Part shown: piece after piece, positions 1 through 21,270 of the stretch
Layout of the letters: each line of letters starts with the position of its first letter
How positions within the stretch are numbered: the first letter of the stretch is position 1
Source: a virus
DNA length: 64,000 nucleotides
Virus record (IMG/VR): IMGVR_UViG_3300035682_001186
Span: 32,001-96,000 of that record
Strand: one strand, 5' to 3'
Program-made: the position numbers and the translations under genes
Notes under the pieces: model-generated
Told to the model about the DNA's origin: nothing
Database searches by the model: none
The model's input: the letters and a program-made list of their open reading frames with translations, nothing else

Positions 1-10490
<10,490 letters not shown>

Positions 10491-10544
10491 CTTCGTTTCC
10501 TTTTGGGTACTAGGCTATCATGTTTTAAATATGATTTATCTCTG

Positions 10545-10552
10545 TATTTATC
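10545..10552 (-). promoter_or_regulatory. Late-promoter-like GATAAATA upstream of giant fibre gene
   Basis: Resembles T4 late promoter TATAAATA; the motif recurs upstream of many structural genes here. Confidence 0.6.
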
Positions 10553-10583
10553 AGTATGTTATAATTAAATTATTGACATTTTT

Positions 10584-10610
10584 AATAAAAATAGCGTCTA
10601 GAGACGCTAT
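10584..10610 (-). terminator. Intrinsic terminator after 1167-aa fibre gene
   Basis: 8-bp stem ATAGCGTC/GACGCTAT, 4-nt loop, followed by TTTTATT on the minus strand. Confidence 0.65.
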
Positions 10611-10663
10611 AATTATGTATTATCAAATATATATTATAACCCAACTACGTTCAAATTTGAACG

Positions 10664-13600
10664 TTATTTTATCTTTCTTATTTCATCAATTTGTTTTTGT
10701 TGTTCCTTAACTGCTTCAATTAAGATAGCAATTAATGGCAAATACGAAACTGATAATCCATTTTCATTTTTTGATACCAATTCTGGTAAAATTTTAGCAA
10801 CTTCTTGAGCAATTACTCCATAAGATTTCTTACCCCATTCTTTCCAATTAAAAGAAACTCCAGTAATTTGATTCAAAATAGTTAACGGACTAACAATATT
10901 TTTAATATTTTCTTTCAATGTTCCATCGCTAGTAGAGTTGACTTCTACAGCGTTTAGTTGACCAGTACTAGGATTAAATGTTAATTTACTACTACTTACA
11001 TATATCGTAGCTAAGCTACCAGTAAAAATATTTGAAAGAGCAGGATAAAATGTATTATTATCAACAGTATCAGTAATTATTGATACCCCAGTACCAGTCG
11101 CTCCAGTTAATCCAGTAGCACCAGTTGACCCAATACTACCAACACCACCAGATAATCCAGTGGCACCTGTAGCGCCAGTAAATCCAGTTGATCCATCAAA
11201 TCCAGTAGAACCGTCAAATCCAGTAGCACCCGTACTTCCTATAAATCCAGTAGCCCCCTGTAATCCAGTAGCTCCCTGTAATCCAGTAACACCAGTAGCA
11301 CCTGTTGATCCAGTAAATCCAGTTGATCCATCAAAACCAGTAGCGCCGTCAAATCCAGTTGATCCAGTAAATCCGGTAGCTCCATCAAAACCAGTAGCAC
11401 CAGTAGATCCAATATCACCTTGAACTCCAGTGGCACCGGTAGATCCGTCTAATCCAGTAGATCCTGTGGCTCCAGTAAATCCAGTAGCACCTATGTCGCC
11501 CTGAACTCCAGTAGCACCAGTGGCTCCATCTAATCCAGTAGCACCAATATCACCCTGTAATCCAGTAGCACCAGTAGATCCGTCTAATCCGGTAGCACCT
11601 GTGGCTCCATCTAATCCAGTAGCGCCAGTGGCTCCGTCAAAACCAGTGGCACCTATATCACCCTGAACTCCAGTAGCACCAATATCACCCTGTAATCCAG
11701 TAGCACCAGTGGCTCCGTCAAATCCAGTAGCACCAATATCACCCTGTAATCCAGTAGCACCAGTGGCTCCGTCAAATCCAATTGGTCCAGTGGCCCCATC
11801 AAATCCAGTAGCACCTATGTCACCTTGAATTCCAGTAGCTCCAGTGGCTCCGTCAAATCCGGTAGCACCTATGTCTCCTTGAATTCCAGTAGCGCCAGTT
11901 GATCCATCTAATCCAGTAGCACCAGTAGCGCCATCAAATCCAGTGGCACCTATGTCGCCCTGTAATCCAGTAGCACCTGTGGCTCCGTCAAAACCAGTTG
12001 CCCCAATATCACCTTGAATTCCGGTTGCGCCAGTGGCTCCATCAAAACCAGTAGCGCCAGTGGCACCATCTAATCCAGTAGCACCAGTGGCTCCATCAAA
12101 ACCAGTAGCACCTATATCACCTTGAACTCCAGTTGCGCCAGTTGATCCATCTAGTCCCGTGGCTCCAGTAGAACCAATAAATCCAGTAGCACCTATGTCA
12201 CCTTGAACGCCAGTTGCTCCTGTGGCGCCTGTATATCCAGTAGCACCTGTATATCCAGTTGGACCCACAATAGTTCCAACATTGACCCAAAGTGTACCAT
12301 CATAAACCCATAAATTACCAGTAGCTTGATCTATAACTCCATTTCCAAGTACTGCAGATGGAAATGCAGCATTAAGTGTTGTTTGTGGATTATTAGGAGG
12401 ATCAACGTTTACATTTGGTACTGATCCTATTATGGAAACTGACGTACCTGCTACTCCAGTAGCACCAATATCACCTTGAATTCCAGTGGCACCAGTGGCA
12501 CCGTAACCAGTAGCACCTGTGGCTCCAGTTGATCCATCTAGTCCTGTTGCGCCAGTGGATCCTTCAAAACCAGTAGATCCAGTGGCTCCGCTTCCTGTAG
12601 CACCGATGAATCCAGTGGCTCCGATAAATCCAGTGGCTCCATCTAATCCAGTAGCGCCAGTAAATCCAGTAGCACCTGTACTTCCAGTGGCTCCATCTAA
12701 TCCAGTGGCACCCGTAGAACCAGTAAATCCAGTGGCTCCGTCAAATCCAGTAGCACCTGTACTACCAGTAGCACCTGTAAATCCAGTACTTCCTGTAAAT
12801 CCGGTACTTCCGGTAAATCCAGTACTTCCGGTAAATCCAGTTGATCCAGTAGCACCTGTGGCTCCAGTAGCACCTCTGAATCCAGTTGCACCAGTTGATC
12901 CAGCAGTACCACCACCTCCAGCACCCCAATATAAATTACCTAATCCGTCAGTACTGACTACTAGTCCACTAGCACCACCAGTAATAACTACATTCCCAAT
13001 ATCTCCTAAATTGGCACGAGTATATACTACCAATTGATTTGCCGTAGCAATATTACTACTAGAAATATTTGATGTAACATTACTAGAATCAATATTAGTA
13101 ATGTTTAATGTACTAGTCTCAACATCAAATATAAAATTACTACTACCATCTAATCCGCTTGGTATACTTAAATCAGTCCAACTAGTTCCATTTACACCAC
13201 TGATAATTACGCCGTCTGTTCCAACTATATAATATTCACCACTACCATATATACTATCAATTAAATTACTAGTTGTTCCAGTACTACTAGTAGACCATGA
13301 TGTTGCACCATTGTTACTAGTGATTTGAATTCCATTATCGCCAGCTGATACCAATGTAGGTATAGTTGATACAGTTGCCAACGTAATTGTATTAAGATTT
13401 TCAACAGTTCCACTAATTGATGATGTCCATGTTATACCATCAGAACTGACAATTACTGTACCATTATTTCCAGTTGCAATATAATTGTCACCATCAAATA
13501 CCACGCTATTTAAATTATCAACAACTCCACCATCTTGGATAATCCAATCTATTGCGTCTTCACTTAATAATATTGTACCAGCATTACCAACTACAACATA

Positions 13601-14167
13601 TATACCATTGTCTACATCATAAGCAATACCACGTAAATTTTCTAATACTCCAGTAGCCTGTAAAGTCCAAGTAATAGCATTTAAACTAGTTAATATTGTT
13701 CCATTTTCACCAACCGCAACATATAATCCAGTAATATCAGTATAATATACTCGTAATAAATTTTCTGTTGTTCCGCTTGTTTGTACTGTCCATGTAGTGG
13801 CAATATTACTACTTGTGATAATAGTACCATTATCTCCAACTGCAATAAATCCTAATGGTGTTGGAGTTACTGAATTTATTGGTTGATTAACTGGACTAGT
13901 TTGATTACTGTAATTTATTCCATCTGTACTGTAAAAATATCGTAATGGTGTACCAAATATTACCCATGTACCGCTATTATAAGCAATTGTATCTAGATTA
14001 TTTGTGGCCGCAAATTGAACTGCGCCTGGTGGTGGAGCCGCAGTTCCACCGGATCCTAAACTATATAGTTGAGTAAAGTTTTCATTAATCTTTTCAAACG
14101 CAAGTCTTAGAGGATCGCCATTACCATCGTTTGACGAAGCTCCAATGTTAATAATTTGTTGTGCCAT
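10664..14167 (-). CDS. Collagen-like fibre: gp9/gp10-type N-terminal anchor, beta-propeller repeats, G-X-Y block, S74-type intramolecular chaperone
   Basis: N-term [22 protein letters not shown]; repeated VAVGxNGTILTS blades; ~600 aa of G-X-Y; C-term SDGTLKENI...GVIAQEV...LIEAVKE. Confidence 0.8.
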   Translation of the reverse strand: MAQQIINIGASSNDGNGDPLRLAFEKINENFTQLYSLGSGGTAAPPPGAVQFAATNNLDTIAYNSGTWVIFGTPLRYFYSTDGINYSNQTSPVNQPINSVTPTPLGFIAVGDNGTIITSSNIATTWTVQTSGTTENLLRVYYTDITGLYVAVGENGTILTSLNAITWTLQATGVLENLRGIAYDVDNGIYVVVGNAGTILLSEDAIDWIIQDGGVVDNLNSVVFDGDNYIATGNNGTVIVSSDGITWTSSISGTVENLNTITLATVSTIPTLVSAGDNGIQITSNNGATSWSTSSTGTTSNLIDSIYGSGEYYIVGTDGVIISGVNGTSWTDLSIPSGLDGSSNFIFDVETSTLNITNIDSSNVTSNISSSNIATANQLVVYTRANLGDIGNVVITGGASGLVVSTDGLGNLYWGAGGGGTAGSTGATGFRGATGATGATGSTGFTGSTGFTGSTGFTGSTGFTGATGSTGATGFDGATGFTGSTGATGLDGATGSTGATGFTGATGLDGATGFIGATGFIGATGSGATGSTGFEGSTGATGLDGSTGATGATGYGATGATGIQGDIGATGVAGTSVSIIGSVPNVNVDPPNNPQTTLNAAFPSAVLGNGVIDQATGNLWVYDGTLWVNVGTIVGPTGYTGATGYTGATGATGVQGDIGATGFIGSTGATGLDGSTGATGVQGDIGATGFDGATGATGLDGATGATGFDGATGATGIQGDIGATGFDGATGATGLQGDIGATGFDGATGATGLDGSTGATGIQGDIGATGFDGATGATGIQGDIGATGFDGATGPIGFDGATGATGLQGDIGATGFDGATGATGLQGDIGATGVQGDIGATGFDGATGATGLDGATGATGLDGSTGATGLQGDIGATGLDGATGATGVQGDIGATGFTGATGSTGLDGSTGATGVQGDIGSTGATGFDGATGFTGSTGFDGATGFDGSTGFTGSTGATGVTGLQGATGLQGATGFIGSTGATGFDGSTGFDGSTGFTGATGATGLSGGVGSIGSTGATGLTGATGTGVSIITDTVDNNTFYPALSNIFTGSLATIYVSSSKLTFNPSTGQLNAVEVNSTSDGTLKENIKNIVSPLTILNQITGVSFNWKEWGKKSYGVIAQEVAKILPELVSKNENGLSVSYLPLIAILIEAVKEQQKQIDEIRKIK

Positions 14168-14187
14168 GCTTTATCCAGTTATAGTAA

Positions 14188-14195
14188 TATTTATC
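14188..14195 (-). promoter_or_regulatory. Late-promoter-like GATAAATA
   Basis: 20 nt upstream of ATG 14167. Confidence 0.65.
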
Positions 14196-14256
14196 GTATT
14201 ATATTTAAATTAATCGTCAAAACTAGGGTCCCATGACTTATAACATAAATATTATA

Positions 14257-14574
14257 ATGCTAAAACAACAATCTATCAGACCCATGTGTAAAGAATGTAA
14301 TAAATTACCATCAAGACCAAATGGTCGTAGTGTAAGTGGATATCAGCGATGGCATACTTTATGCAATCATTGTGCAAAATTAAAATATACCAAAAAGAAA
14401 AAAGATTCAAAGTGCAATATATGTAACTTTGAATCAATTGATAGTTGTCAATTATGTTTGATTAATGGAGAAACTATCTGCCAAAATTGTAACGCCCTCA
14501 GATTGAAAAATATCAAAAAGAGGGCGGAATTAACAGTGGATGCCACCATTGATTGGAGTAATATCAGATTGTAA
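14257..14574 (+). CDS. Small zinc-finger protein resembling a degenerate HNH (track start 14233; ATG 14257 preferred)
   Basis: Four CxxC pairs; CATAAATA at 14244-14251 lies just upstream of ATG 14257. Confidence 0.65.
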   Translation: MLKQQSIRPMCKECNKLPSRPNGRSVSGYQRWHTLCNHCAKLKYTKKKKDSKCNICNFESIDSCQLCLINGETICQNCNALRLKNIKKRAELTVDATIDWSNIRL

Positions 14575-16038
14575 TTAGTCTAAATCAACAACCCAACCAC
14601 CAGTTTTAGAATCAAAATTAGCCATTAACGTATTACCAGATGCAAATGGAGATGAAACTTTCATAACCGGACGTCCATAATTATCTAATGTAATGCTACC
14701 AGCTTGAACTGTCTTCATACCTAACTGTTGACCAGTTCCACTATTGATAAAGTTAACTTCAATCTCACCATTACCATAAGTTTCATTCATTTGTTTACTT
14801 TCATATTCAGGTTTACGAATATCTTTTGTTGGATAATCAATATCATCATTACGTGACTGATGATCATCAGGATCATAATCTTGATAACCTCTACCACGAC
14901 GACCTTGTTCACCCTTACGCATTGAATGATCAGTATAACTAGAATTTCTAGCTCTAGGTGTCTTTTTATCTGTTGGTGCACCTTGTTGTATTTTTCCACC
15001 ACGTGCTAAGAAATCTTCTACATCACCTTCATTAAGACCAATATATGTCATAAACTTTCTACTATTAAAACGTGAATTATTACTTTCAAAAATCTTACAG
15101 TGACGCTTAGCTAAAATCTTACGATTATTTTCAGGTAATGTTTTGAGAATATCAGCTACTTGACGAAATTTGTTAAGTCTAACACCTTCTGCCAATGCAC
15201 CTTTCTTCAAATGAGCAATAAAAGATTTTAATGTTCCTTCTGGATTACTAGTCTTATATTTCTTGTAGTTTTTTGCAAAATTAGGATGTTTTGGATCCCA
15301 TTTATCATATCCTTCATCACTGTCACTGACAGATTTTTCACGAGTAGAAGAATTCCCTTCACCAGACTCTGACAATTTATCTTTACAATCAGCTACCATT
15401 TGTTTTAATTCGGCACGATCACAATCAGGATGCATTTTACAAATTTCTGCTACAGTTTTTCCATCTTTACACATTTTTTTAATATGTGCCATTGATGGTA
15501 ATTTTCCAGTTTTAGATTTTACTGATTCAAATTGATTGCTACGTGTATTACTATCAGATTCTTCATCGTCTACACCGTTAATATTGTCCCAGTATTCTTC
15601 TGCTTCTTCTGAGCTCAGAAAAATCGCCCCGTTGCGTCGCATCGCATTTGCAACAAAATCATCTTTCTCCATAGACATTGCTTGATTTATAAGCCAACGC
15701 TTCATAGCGCCTTCATCTAAAGTTTGTGAATTATCGTCTTCCATATTTTTATATTCAAACATGACATAATCAGCAAAAATCTTTTCTACAGTTATACCAT
15801 TTTCTCCACTAAAGAACATACCAGCTGGACCACCATCTGTAATTCCAAGTTTATCTTGAATATATGCGGCAGCGGCATCAAGTGCTTCTTCAGCTAAACT
15901 TTCTGGATCTTGATGAGTATCTTCTACATCTTCAGATACTTTCTCTTCAATACTTTCATTTAAATTAATTTTTTTACCTTGATCTACTGACTCAATTAAA
16001 TCTAGCATTGATCTCATACGTGTTTGATTGTCTAACAT
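14575..16038 (-). CDS. Putative internal head (poly)protein, 487 aa
   Basis: Downstream of gp23; many L/I-x-E motifs; N-terminus paralogous to 16083..16412; own GATAAATA at 16061-16068. Confidence 0.55.
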   Translation of the reverse strand: MLDNQTRMRSMLDLIESVDQGKKINLNESIEEKVSEDVEDTHQDPESLAEEALDAAAAYIQDKLGITDGGPAGMFFSGENGITVEKIFADYVMFEYKNMEDDNSQTLDEGAMKRWLINQAMSMEKDDFVANAMRRNGAIFLSSEEAEEYWDNINGVDDEESDSNTRSNQFESVKSKTGKLPSMAHIKKMCKDGKTVAEICKMHPDCDRAELKQMVADCKDKLSESGEGNSSTREKSVSDSDEGYDKWDPKHPNFAKNYKKYKTSNPEGTLKSFIAHLKKGALAEGVRLNKFRQVADILKTLPENNRKILAKRHCKIFESNNSRFNSRKFMTYIGLNEGDVEDFLARGGKIQQGAPTDKKTPRARNSSYTDHSMRKGEQGRRGRGYQDYDPDDHQSRNDDIDYPTKDIRKPEYESKQMNETYGNGEIEVNFINSGTGQQLGMKTVQAGSITLDNYGRPVMKVSSPFASGNTLMANFDSKTGGWVVDLD

Positions 16039-16082
16039 GTTAGTATCCTATATTATACTGTATTTATCTTTTTTAATAATAT

Positions 16083-16412
16083 TTAAAAATCGTCATTAGG
16101 TGGTGCATCACCATTATGTTGAGCATCAACTTGATGTTCAATATACTCAACAAAAATGTCAAGTACTGTTTCAGCATTTTCGTCACGAAAATATTCATAA
16201 GCAATTTCTTCATCTTCTTCAGATACTTCTAATGCATCTTGAATGTATCTTACTGCTGCACTAAGTGCTTCTTGTGCAAGTTGACGAGGATCAGAACCAC
16301 TATCTTCAGATAATTCTTCACCAATACTTTCATTTAATTTGAGTTTTTTACCTTGATCTACTGATTCAATTAAATTTAACATTGCTCTCATACGTGTTTG
16401 ATTGTCTAACAT
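16083..16412 (-). CDS. Putative internal head protein, short paralog of 14575..16038
   Basis: Shared MLDNQTRMRxMLxLIESVDQGKK N-terminus; GATAAATA at 16435-16442. Confidence 0.6.
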   Translation of the reverse strand: MLDNQTRMRAMLNLIESVDQGKKLKLNESIGEELSEDSGSDPRQLAQEALSAAVRYIQDALEVSEEDEEIAYEYFRDENAETVLDIFVEYIEHQVDAQHNGDAPPNDDF

Positions 16413-16459
16413 AGTAGTATCCTATAATATATAATATTTATCTTGATTGATCATATTTG

Positions 16460-16488
16460 TTGACATTTAATGAATGACAGTGTATAGT
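16460..16488 (+). promoter_or_regulatory. Sigma70-type promoter for HNH gene
   Basis: TTGACA-N17-TATAGT. Confidence 0.65.
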
Positions 16489-16535
16489 TAAAGATTGAAA
16501 AGTAATATTAGTAACAGCGAAAGATAAATAAACAT

Positions 16536-17324
16536 ATGAACCAATTTAACAATACAAAATATACACGATGGTACTATGGTATCATCCAAAAACGAGCCAT
16601 TTTAGATAAAGATTCTCGTGGTGAAATACATCATATTATCCCACGTAGTATGGGTGGCAATGATTCACCTGAAAATCTTGTCAAATTAACTGGACATGAT
16701 CACGCTTGGTGTCATTGGCTCTTGACTAAAATGACTACTGGATCAGCCAAAGTATCAATGATATATGCCTTTAATATGATGGGTGTCTCTGGAGAACATA
16801 TGGAACGTCAGTCATCATATGCTATTGTCAGAGCGTATGAGAAGAACAGAATAGAGTGGAGTAAGAATCATAGTGAAACTATGAGTGAACAATTTATAAA
16901 TGGTCGAGAAATTTGGAACAAAGGTCGTAAAGAAGATCGTCCTGAAGTTTTAGCCAGAGTAAAAGAAGCGGCTCAGAATAGACCAAAATTAACAGATGAA
17001 AAATTAAAAGAAAAAGTAAGAAAGTCAGTTGACACAATGAAGAAAAATGGTACGGATAAACGATCTCAAGAAACAAGAGATAAGCAACGAGATTCTATGA
17101 TAGGGTTAGTTCGTGGGCCGATGAATGACGTTCATAAGAATAAGATTGCCATATCTTGTCGTAAGCCTAAATCAGAAGGACATGGTGACGCTGTTGCTGC
17201 GGCTAATCTAGGTGTTGTTAGTATTAATAGAAACGATGTCGAGAAAAAAGTCAAACAAGATACACTTCAATCTTGGATAGAACAAGGATGGCAACTTGGT
17301 GGTAGACCACGTAAGAAAAAATAG
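16536..17324 (+). CDS. Free-standing HNH homing endonuclease
   Basis: EIHHIIPRSMGGNDSPENLVKLTGHDHAWCHWLL plus basic NUMOD-like C-terminal repeats. Confidence 0.85.
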   Translation: MNQFNNTKYTRWYYGIIQKRAILDKDSRGEIHHIIPRSMGGNDSPENLVKLTGHDHAWCHWLLTKMTTGSAKVSMIYAFNMMGVSGEHMERQSSYAIVRAYEKNRIEWSKNHSETMSEQFINGREIWNKGRKEDRPEVLARVKEAAQNRPKLTDEKLKEKVRKSVDTMKKNGTDKRSQETRDKQRDSMIGLVRGPMNDVHKNKIAISCRKPKSEGHGDAVAAANLGVVSINRNDVEKKVKQDTLQSWIEQGWQLGGRPRKKK

Positions 17325-17325
17325 A

Positions 17326-17359
17326 CAACAAAAAACCCGCCGAAGCGGGTTTTTGTTTT
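17326..17359. terminator. Bidirectional intrinsic terminator between HNH gene and gp23
   Basis: AAAAACCCGC-CGAA-GCGGGTTTTT; C(UUCG)G tetraloop and U-tract on the minus strand, U-tract also on the plus strand. Confidence 0.9.
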
Positions 17360-17395
17360 ACTATATTCAAAAAGTTCTTGAATAGTGGTAAAATA

Positions 17396-18592
17396 TCACT
17401 GAAACGATATATTAGTTACCGCGATCTCACCAACGTAGTCAGCAGCATTACCAAAGCTGGATGCTGTGTTTGTCAATTCCACGTAGCCGTATCTCGTCAT
17501 AAACGAAACGACTGGTTCGAATGTTGACGGATCTAGAACAACACCACTGCTCATCAACGGAATGTATGGGCAATAGAATGCAGCTGCGTCTGTTTCTGAA
17601 GAACCCTTATAACCAACTAGAACTGGTGTTCCACTTGGAGCATATGAGTCAACGAAAACGCGCATTGCGTTGTTCAATGTACCGACTAATTTTGTATTAG
17701 TAGGTGCTTCGAATGTACCTTCTGTAGTACGGGCAAAAGCTGATGTTGTAGCAGACTGAAGAACAGTCAGCATTTCTGAAGAAACAACACACCAGTTACC
17801 AGCGCCACGACGAGTACGTTGGGCGATTAGGTTAGCAACACGGTTAATTAGAACAGCTAAAGCAGCGTGTTCGTCACCAACGTATGTAGCGGTACCAGAA
17901 ACGGTAGCTTGGTTATATGTAAACTCAGTAGCAGCCAATTGACGTAATGAAAGAAGAATTTCTTGGTCGATTTCAGCAGTAATTTCTTGTGCTAAAGCGG
18001 CCATGATTTCGGCTTCAACGTCGATACCATGCATTGATTGTGCGTCTTGTGCAGCTTCGAATGTCCAACGAGCTTGTAACTTACGGCTCTTGGCTTCGAC
18101 AGCTTGACGTAGAATCTGTACAGAGATTGCTTTTCCGCCGTTACCTTCAAGAGTAGCGGTTGGAGCTGCGGTATAACTGTTTGCTGTATTATCGCTAGAC
18201 TTTGTACGTGAATACGCTTGAGCGATCAAGAATGGTGATAGAGCTTCGTCACCAGCCACAACCGAAGTTTGAGCTGCTGAATTGTCTGTCAAGTTTTGAG
18301 CATAGCGAACACGTAGTGTATGAATCTGTCCAACTGGACCAGTCATTGGTTGAACACCAATTAACTCGTTAGCGATAACAGTAGGCATAACACGGCGAAT
18401 AACTGGAAGAATGACACGATTTAGTGTGGCAATATTACCAGCGGTTGTAGTTCCAGCATTACTTTCAGAAAGTAGTTGCTTTTTGGTGTTTTCTAAAATA
18501 ACACCCATTGATGAGCGGCGGACGCCTTTGAGACCTTCAAGGAGGGCTTCTTTGGTTTCATTCCAGCGGCTCTCTAATAGTACTTTTGACAT
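17396..18592 (-). CDS. gp23: Major capsid protein, T4 gp23-like
   Basis: GVQPMTGPVGQI, AKSRKLQARWTFEAAQD, EITAEIDQEI, YCPYIPL, FMTRYG motifs; AGGAG RBS. Confidence 0.95.
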   Translation of the reverse strand: MSKVLLESRWNETKEALLEGLKGVRRSSMGVILENTKKQLLSESNAGTTTAGNIATLNRVILPVIRRVMPTVIANELIGVQPMTGPVGQIHTLRVRYAQNLTDNSAAQTSVVAGDEALSPFLIAQAYSRTKSSDNTANSYTAAPTATLEGNGGKAISVQILRQAVEAKSRKLQARWTFEAAQDAQSMHGIDVEAEIMAALAQEITAEIDQEILLSLRQLAATEFTYNQATVSGTATYVGDEHAALAVLINRVANLIAQRTRRGAGNWCVVSSEMLTVLQSATTSAFARTTEGTFEAPTNTKLVGTLNNAMRVFVDSYAPSGTPVLVGYKGSSETDAAAFYCPYIPLMSSGVVLDPSTFEPVVSFMTRYGYVELTNTASSFGNAADYVGEIAVTNISFQ

Positions 18593-18621
18593 TTAATTAT
18601 CTCCTGTTAATAGTATGTCGA

Positions 18622-19725
18622 TTAAAGCCCTGCCAGACGCTTGATATCAATCACGTTATCACGTTCTTGGGTCTCAACTTCTGTTTTCTTGGCAGATTTA
18701 TCACCAGTAATTGCTACACTTTCAGAGATCATTTGTTTTTTAGCAACTGGTCTTTGTTCTGTTAATGTATTCAATACTGCTGGTAGATACTTGTCGAATG
18801 CGCCTTTCAATTTTGGTGTTTGGACGCTTTCTAGTAAGTTCTTCATTACATGGGCTTTGTCTTCATTTAGTGTTCCGAGTAATTCACTCATAGTACGTTC
18901 ACGAAGGTTACTTTCTTTAATAATGCGAACTTCACGGTTTTTACTTTCTACTAAACGTTGTGATTGTTTAGCAGTTTCGATAGATTCAGCTAATTGTTGA
19001 TCTTTTTGATCTAAGATTGCTAGAAGTTTACGTGTCTCTGCTTTTTCGTTCAAGTGTGTTGAACTAAATTCAGCGGCAAATGCTTCAAACAAACGACGAC
19101 CAAATGTGTTTTCATTTGCACTTTGGATGTCTTCTTTCAATTGACTGATTTCGCCTTTTAAATGTGTACTGATTGCTGAACTAACTTTTCTTGCACTTTC
19201 AGCTACAAATTTAGCTTTAAGTGAATCAAGTTGGTGTTTAGCTTCTGCAACTAATTTGACCTTGGCTTCTACTACAGCACGTTTGTCAGTTTCAAATTCG
19301 CCAATTTCACGGGCTAGAGCATTTACTACGAATTGTTCTAGTTTACCACGGGCTTCCATTTGAACTTTACGATCATTACGTAATTCTTTGATTTCTTCGG
19401 CTAGTTTAGTAACCATAAATTCATTGAATTTTTGTACATTTTCACGTAATTTAACTTGTGCTTTGACACGATCTTCATTCATTGCTTGTCTTTCTGTTTG
19501 AAATTCTGTAATTTCACCAGTTAGACCTTCAGTAACCATCTTATCAAGGGCTTCTACCATTACGTTCTTGTCATGCTCATATTTCTGTGCGAATTCCTCT
19601 CGGAGTTCTGAACGAACTTGTTCGCGAGCTTCGTTTAATTTTACTTCCCATGCCTCATTAATGGCTTGGGCTGTATCTTCAGTAACGATTCCGCTTTCAA
19701 GTAATGGTTTGATGGCATCAAACAT
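18622..19725 (-). CDS. gp22: Prohead scaffold/core protein, T4 gp22-like
   Basis: Coiled-coil, E/K-rich, many L-x-E sites, between protease and capsid genes. Confidence 0.85.
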   Translation of the reverse strand: MFDAIKPLLESGIVTEDTAQAINEAWEVKLNEAREQVRSELREEFAQKYEHDKNVMVEALDKMVTEGLTGEITEFQTERQAMNEDRVKAQVKLRENVQKFNEFMVTKLAEEIKELRNDRKVQMEARGKLEQFVVNALAREIGEFETDKRAVVEAKVKLVAEAKHQLDSLKAKFVAESARKVSSAISTHLKGEISQLKEDIQSANENTFGRRLFEAFAAEFSSTHLNEKAETRKLLAILDQKDQQLAESIETAKQSQRLVESKNREVRIIKESNLRERTMSELLGTLNEDKAHVMKNLLESVQTPKLKGAFDKYLPAVLNTLTEQRPVAKKQMISESVAITGDKSAKKTEVETQERDNVIDIKRLAGL

Positions 19726-19737
19726 TGATATCCCCTT

Positions 19738-20379
19738 TTATAATTTCAATTCCTTGATAAGACGAACTACTTCATCTTTCAAGAATTTTTGAACTCTAGC
19801 ATCCTTGTCCAAATTTGTACCTTTTAAGTTTTCTAAAACACGATGGCCATTTTTCATGTTCATCAATGATTCATAAATTGCTTTTGGGTATGCATTTGGA
19901 GCACTGGGTTGTGCCACGATGTCCACAGTAACTATTTCAAAGTCACTGACTTTGCCTGTAGCTTCATCAACGTTACCGCTGCCTCTACTACTAACGCCGA
20001 GTTTGACTCCATTCTCCAACATGGTGGCAGCTAACTGTCCCATGGGAGTTGGAATAATTTTTAATTTACCGAAACCATTAGCGCCATCCATCCACATTTC
20101 TGTAATGATATGACTAACTCTATCTAAATTGATTTTTAAATCATCTGGGTGATCGATTTCACCCAATACTGAGTTACCGCTTCGGATTTGTTCGTTTAAG
20201 GTTACTACGGCTTGTTCAATTTCAGGAACGGGGTAAACACGCTCATTTGCGTTCTTCACCCCACCCTGGATAAAAATTCCTCTCATATAAAGAGATTTTT
20301 TATCACCTTCTTCCTTAACTGATTCGACTATGAGGTTCGCTCTGTCGAATGTTAAGTTCTCTCTAAGATACAAAGCCAT
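19738..20379 (-). CDS. gp21: Prohead protease, T4 gp21-like
   Basis: GIFIQGGVKNANERVY, GEIDHP, GVSSRGSG, DIVAQPSAPNAY. Confidence 0.95.
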   Translation of the reverse strand: MALYLRENLTFDRANLIVESVKEEGDKKSLYMRGIFIQGGVKNANERVYPVPEIEQAVVTLNEQIRSGNSVLGEIDHPDDLKINLDRVSHIITEMWMDGANGFGKLKIIPTPMGQLAATMLENGVKLGVSSRGSGNVDEATGKVSDFEIVTVDIVAQPSAPNAYPKAIYESLMNMKNGHRVLENLKGTNLDKDARVQKFLKDEVVRLIKELKL

Positions 20380-20393
20380 TTATACCTTATCCT

Positions 20394-21221
20394 TTAAATT
20401 CTACGCTTGGTAGTGCGACGGCTTTCTGGAACCGCACTGCGCTCATTTGTACCACTAGCCTGTGTTTTAGTTGGCTTAGGAGCACTTTCACCTTTACCTG
20501 AACCGTTGCTAGCATCGCCACCAACTTTGTTCTTGAATGATCCAGCACCTTTAACTTCTGTTTCGCCTTTAGCGCCATAATTTGTTGGCTTCTTTGGGCT
20601 AGTAGGAACTGATTCTGAACTACCACTAAAATTAACTGGCTTTGATGCCATACCTTTTTGACCACTGTTAGCATCTACTGTACTTTTCTTTGATGAACCA
20701 TCGGCGCCGTCAGTGTGTGTTACTGAAACCTTTTTTAATTCAACGGCTTCCATAACGTCACTTTCTTGGTCGTCTTTATCATCCATTTGACTACCAAATT
20801 CTTCTTCGTCACCACCGAATTCTTGTTCAAATTCAGCCATTAATTGGTCAAGTTTGTCTTCAAGATCAACAACACGATCTTCAAGTTCTTCTTCTTCGTA
20901 TTCTTCACCTTCTTCATCACCGTCTAGTTCAACTTCATCGTCAAACTCATCTTCTTCACCATCAGTATCATAGTCGCCGTCCATTTCTTCATTATCCATG
21001 AATTCATCGTCGTCTTCCATCATTCCTTCCATTCCAATTTCTTCACTACCCATTTCATCAGAAACTTCGTCCATCATACCTGTTACTTCATCTTCACTAA
21101 TTAATGATTCATAAATATCACGAGATTTTTCAACTACAATCTCATGAAATAATTGTTCTGCTCTTTCATTGTCTTCATTGATAATAAGATCAATAAGTTT
21201 TTCAAATTTTGCTGTAGACAT
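20394..21221 (-). CDS. Acidic prohead core protein (gp67/gp68 positional analogue)
   Basis: Very D/E-rich centre; lies between portal and protease; GCTAAATA at 21256-21263. Confidence 0.6.
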   Translation of the reverse strand: MSTAKFEKLIDLIINEDNERAEQLFHEIVVEKSRDIYESLISEDEVTGMMDEVSDEMGSEEIGMEGMMEDDDEFMDNEEMDGDYDTDGEEDEFDDEVELDGDEEGEEYEEEELEDRVVDLEDKLDQLMAEFEQEFGGDEEEFGSQMDDKDDQESDVMEAVELKKVSVTHTDGADGSSKKSTVDANSGQKGMASKPVNFSGSSESVPTSPKKPTNYGAKGETEVKGAGSFKNKVGGDASNGSGKGESAPKPTKTQASGTNERSAVPESRRTTKRRI

Positions 21222-21270
21222 TTAAAATCTCCTTATGTAAATGGCTTTGTATTAATATTTAGCGAATAGC

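Noticed and set aside
11160-13037. Plus-strand Pro-rich ORFs and minus-strand L-rich ORFs
   Set aside because: Shadows of the collagen block in 10664..14167
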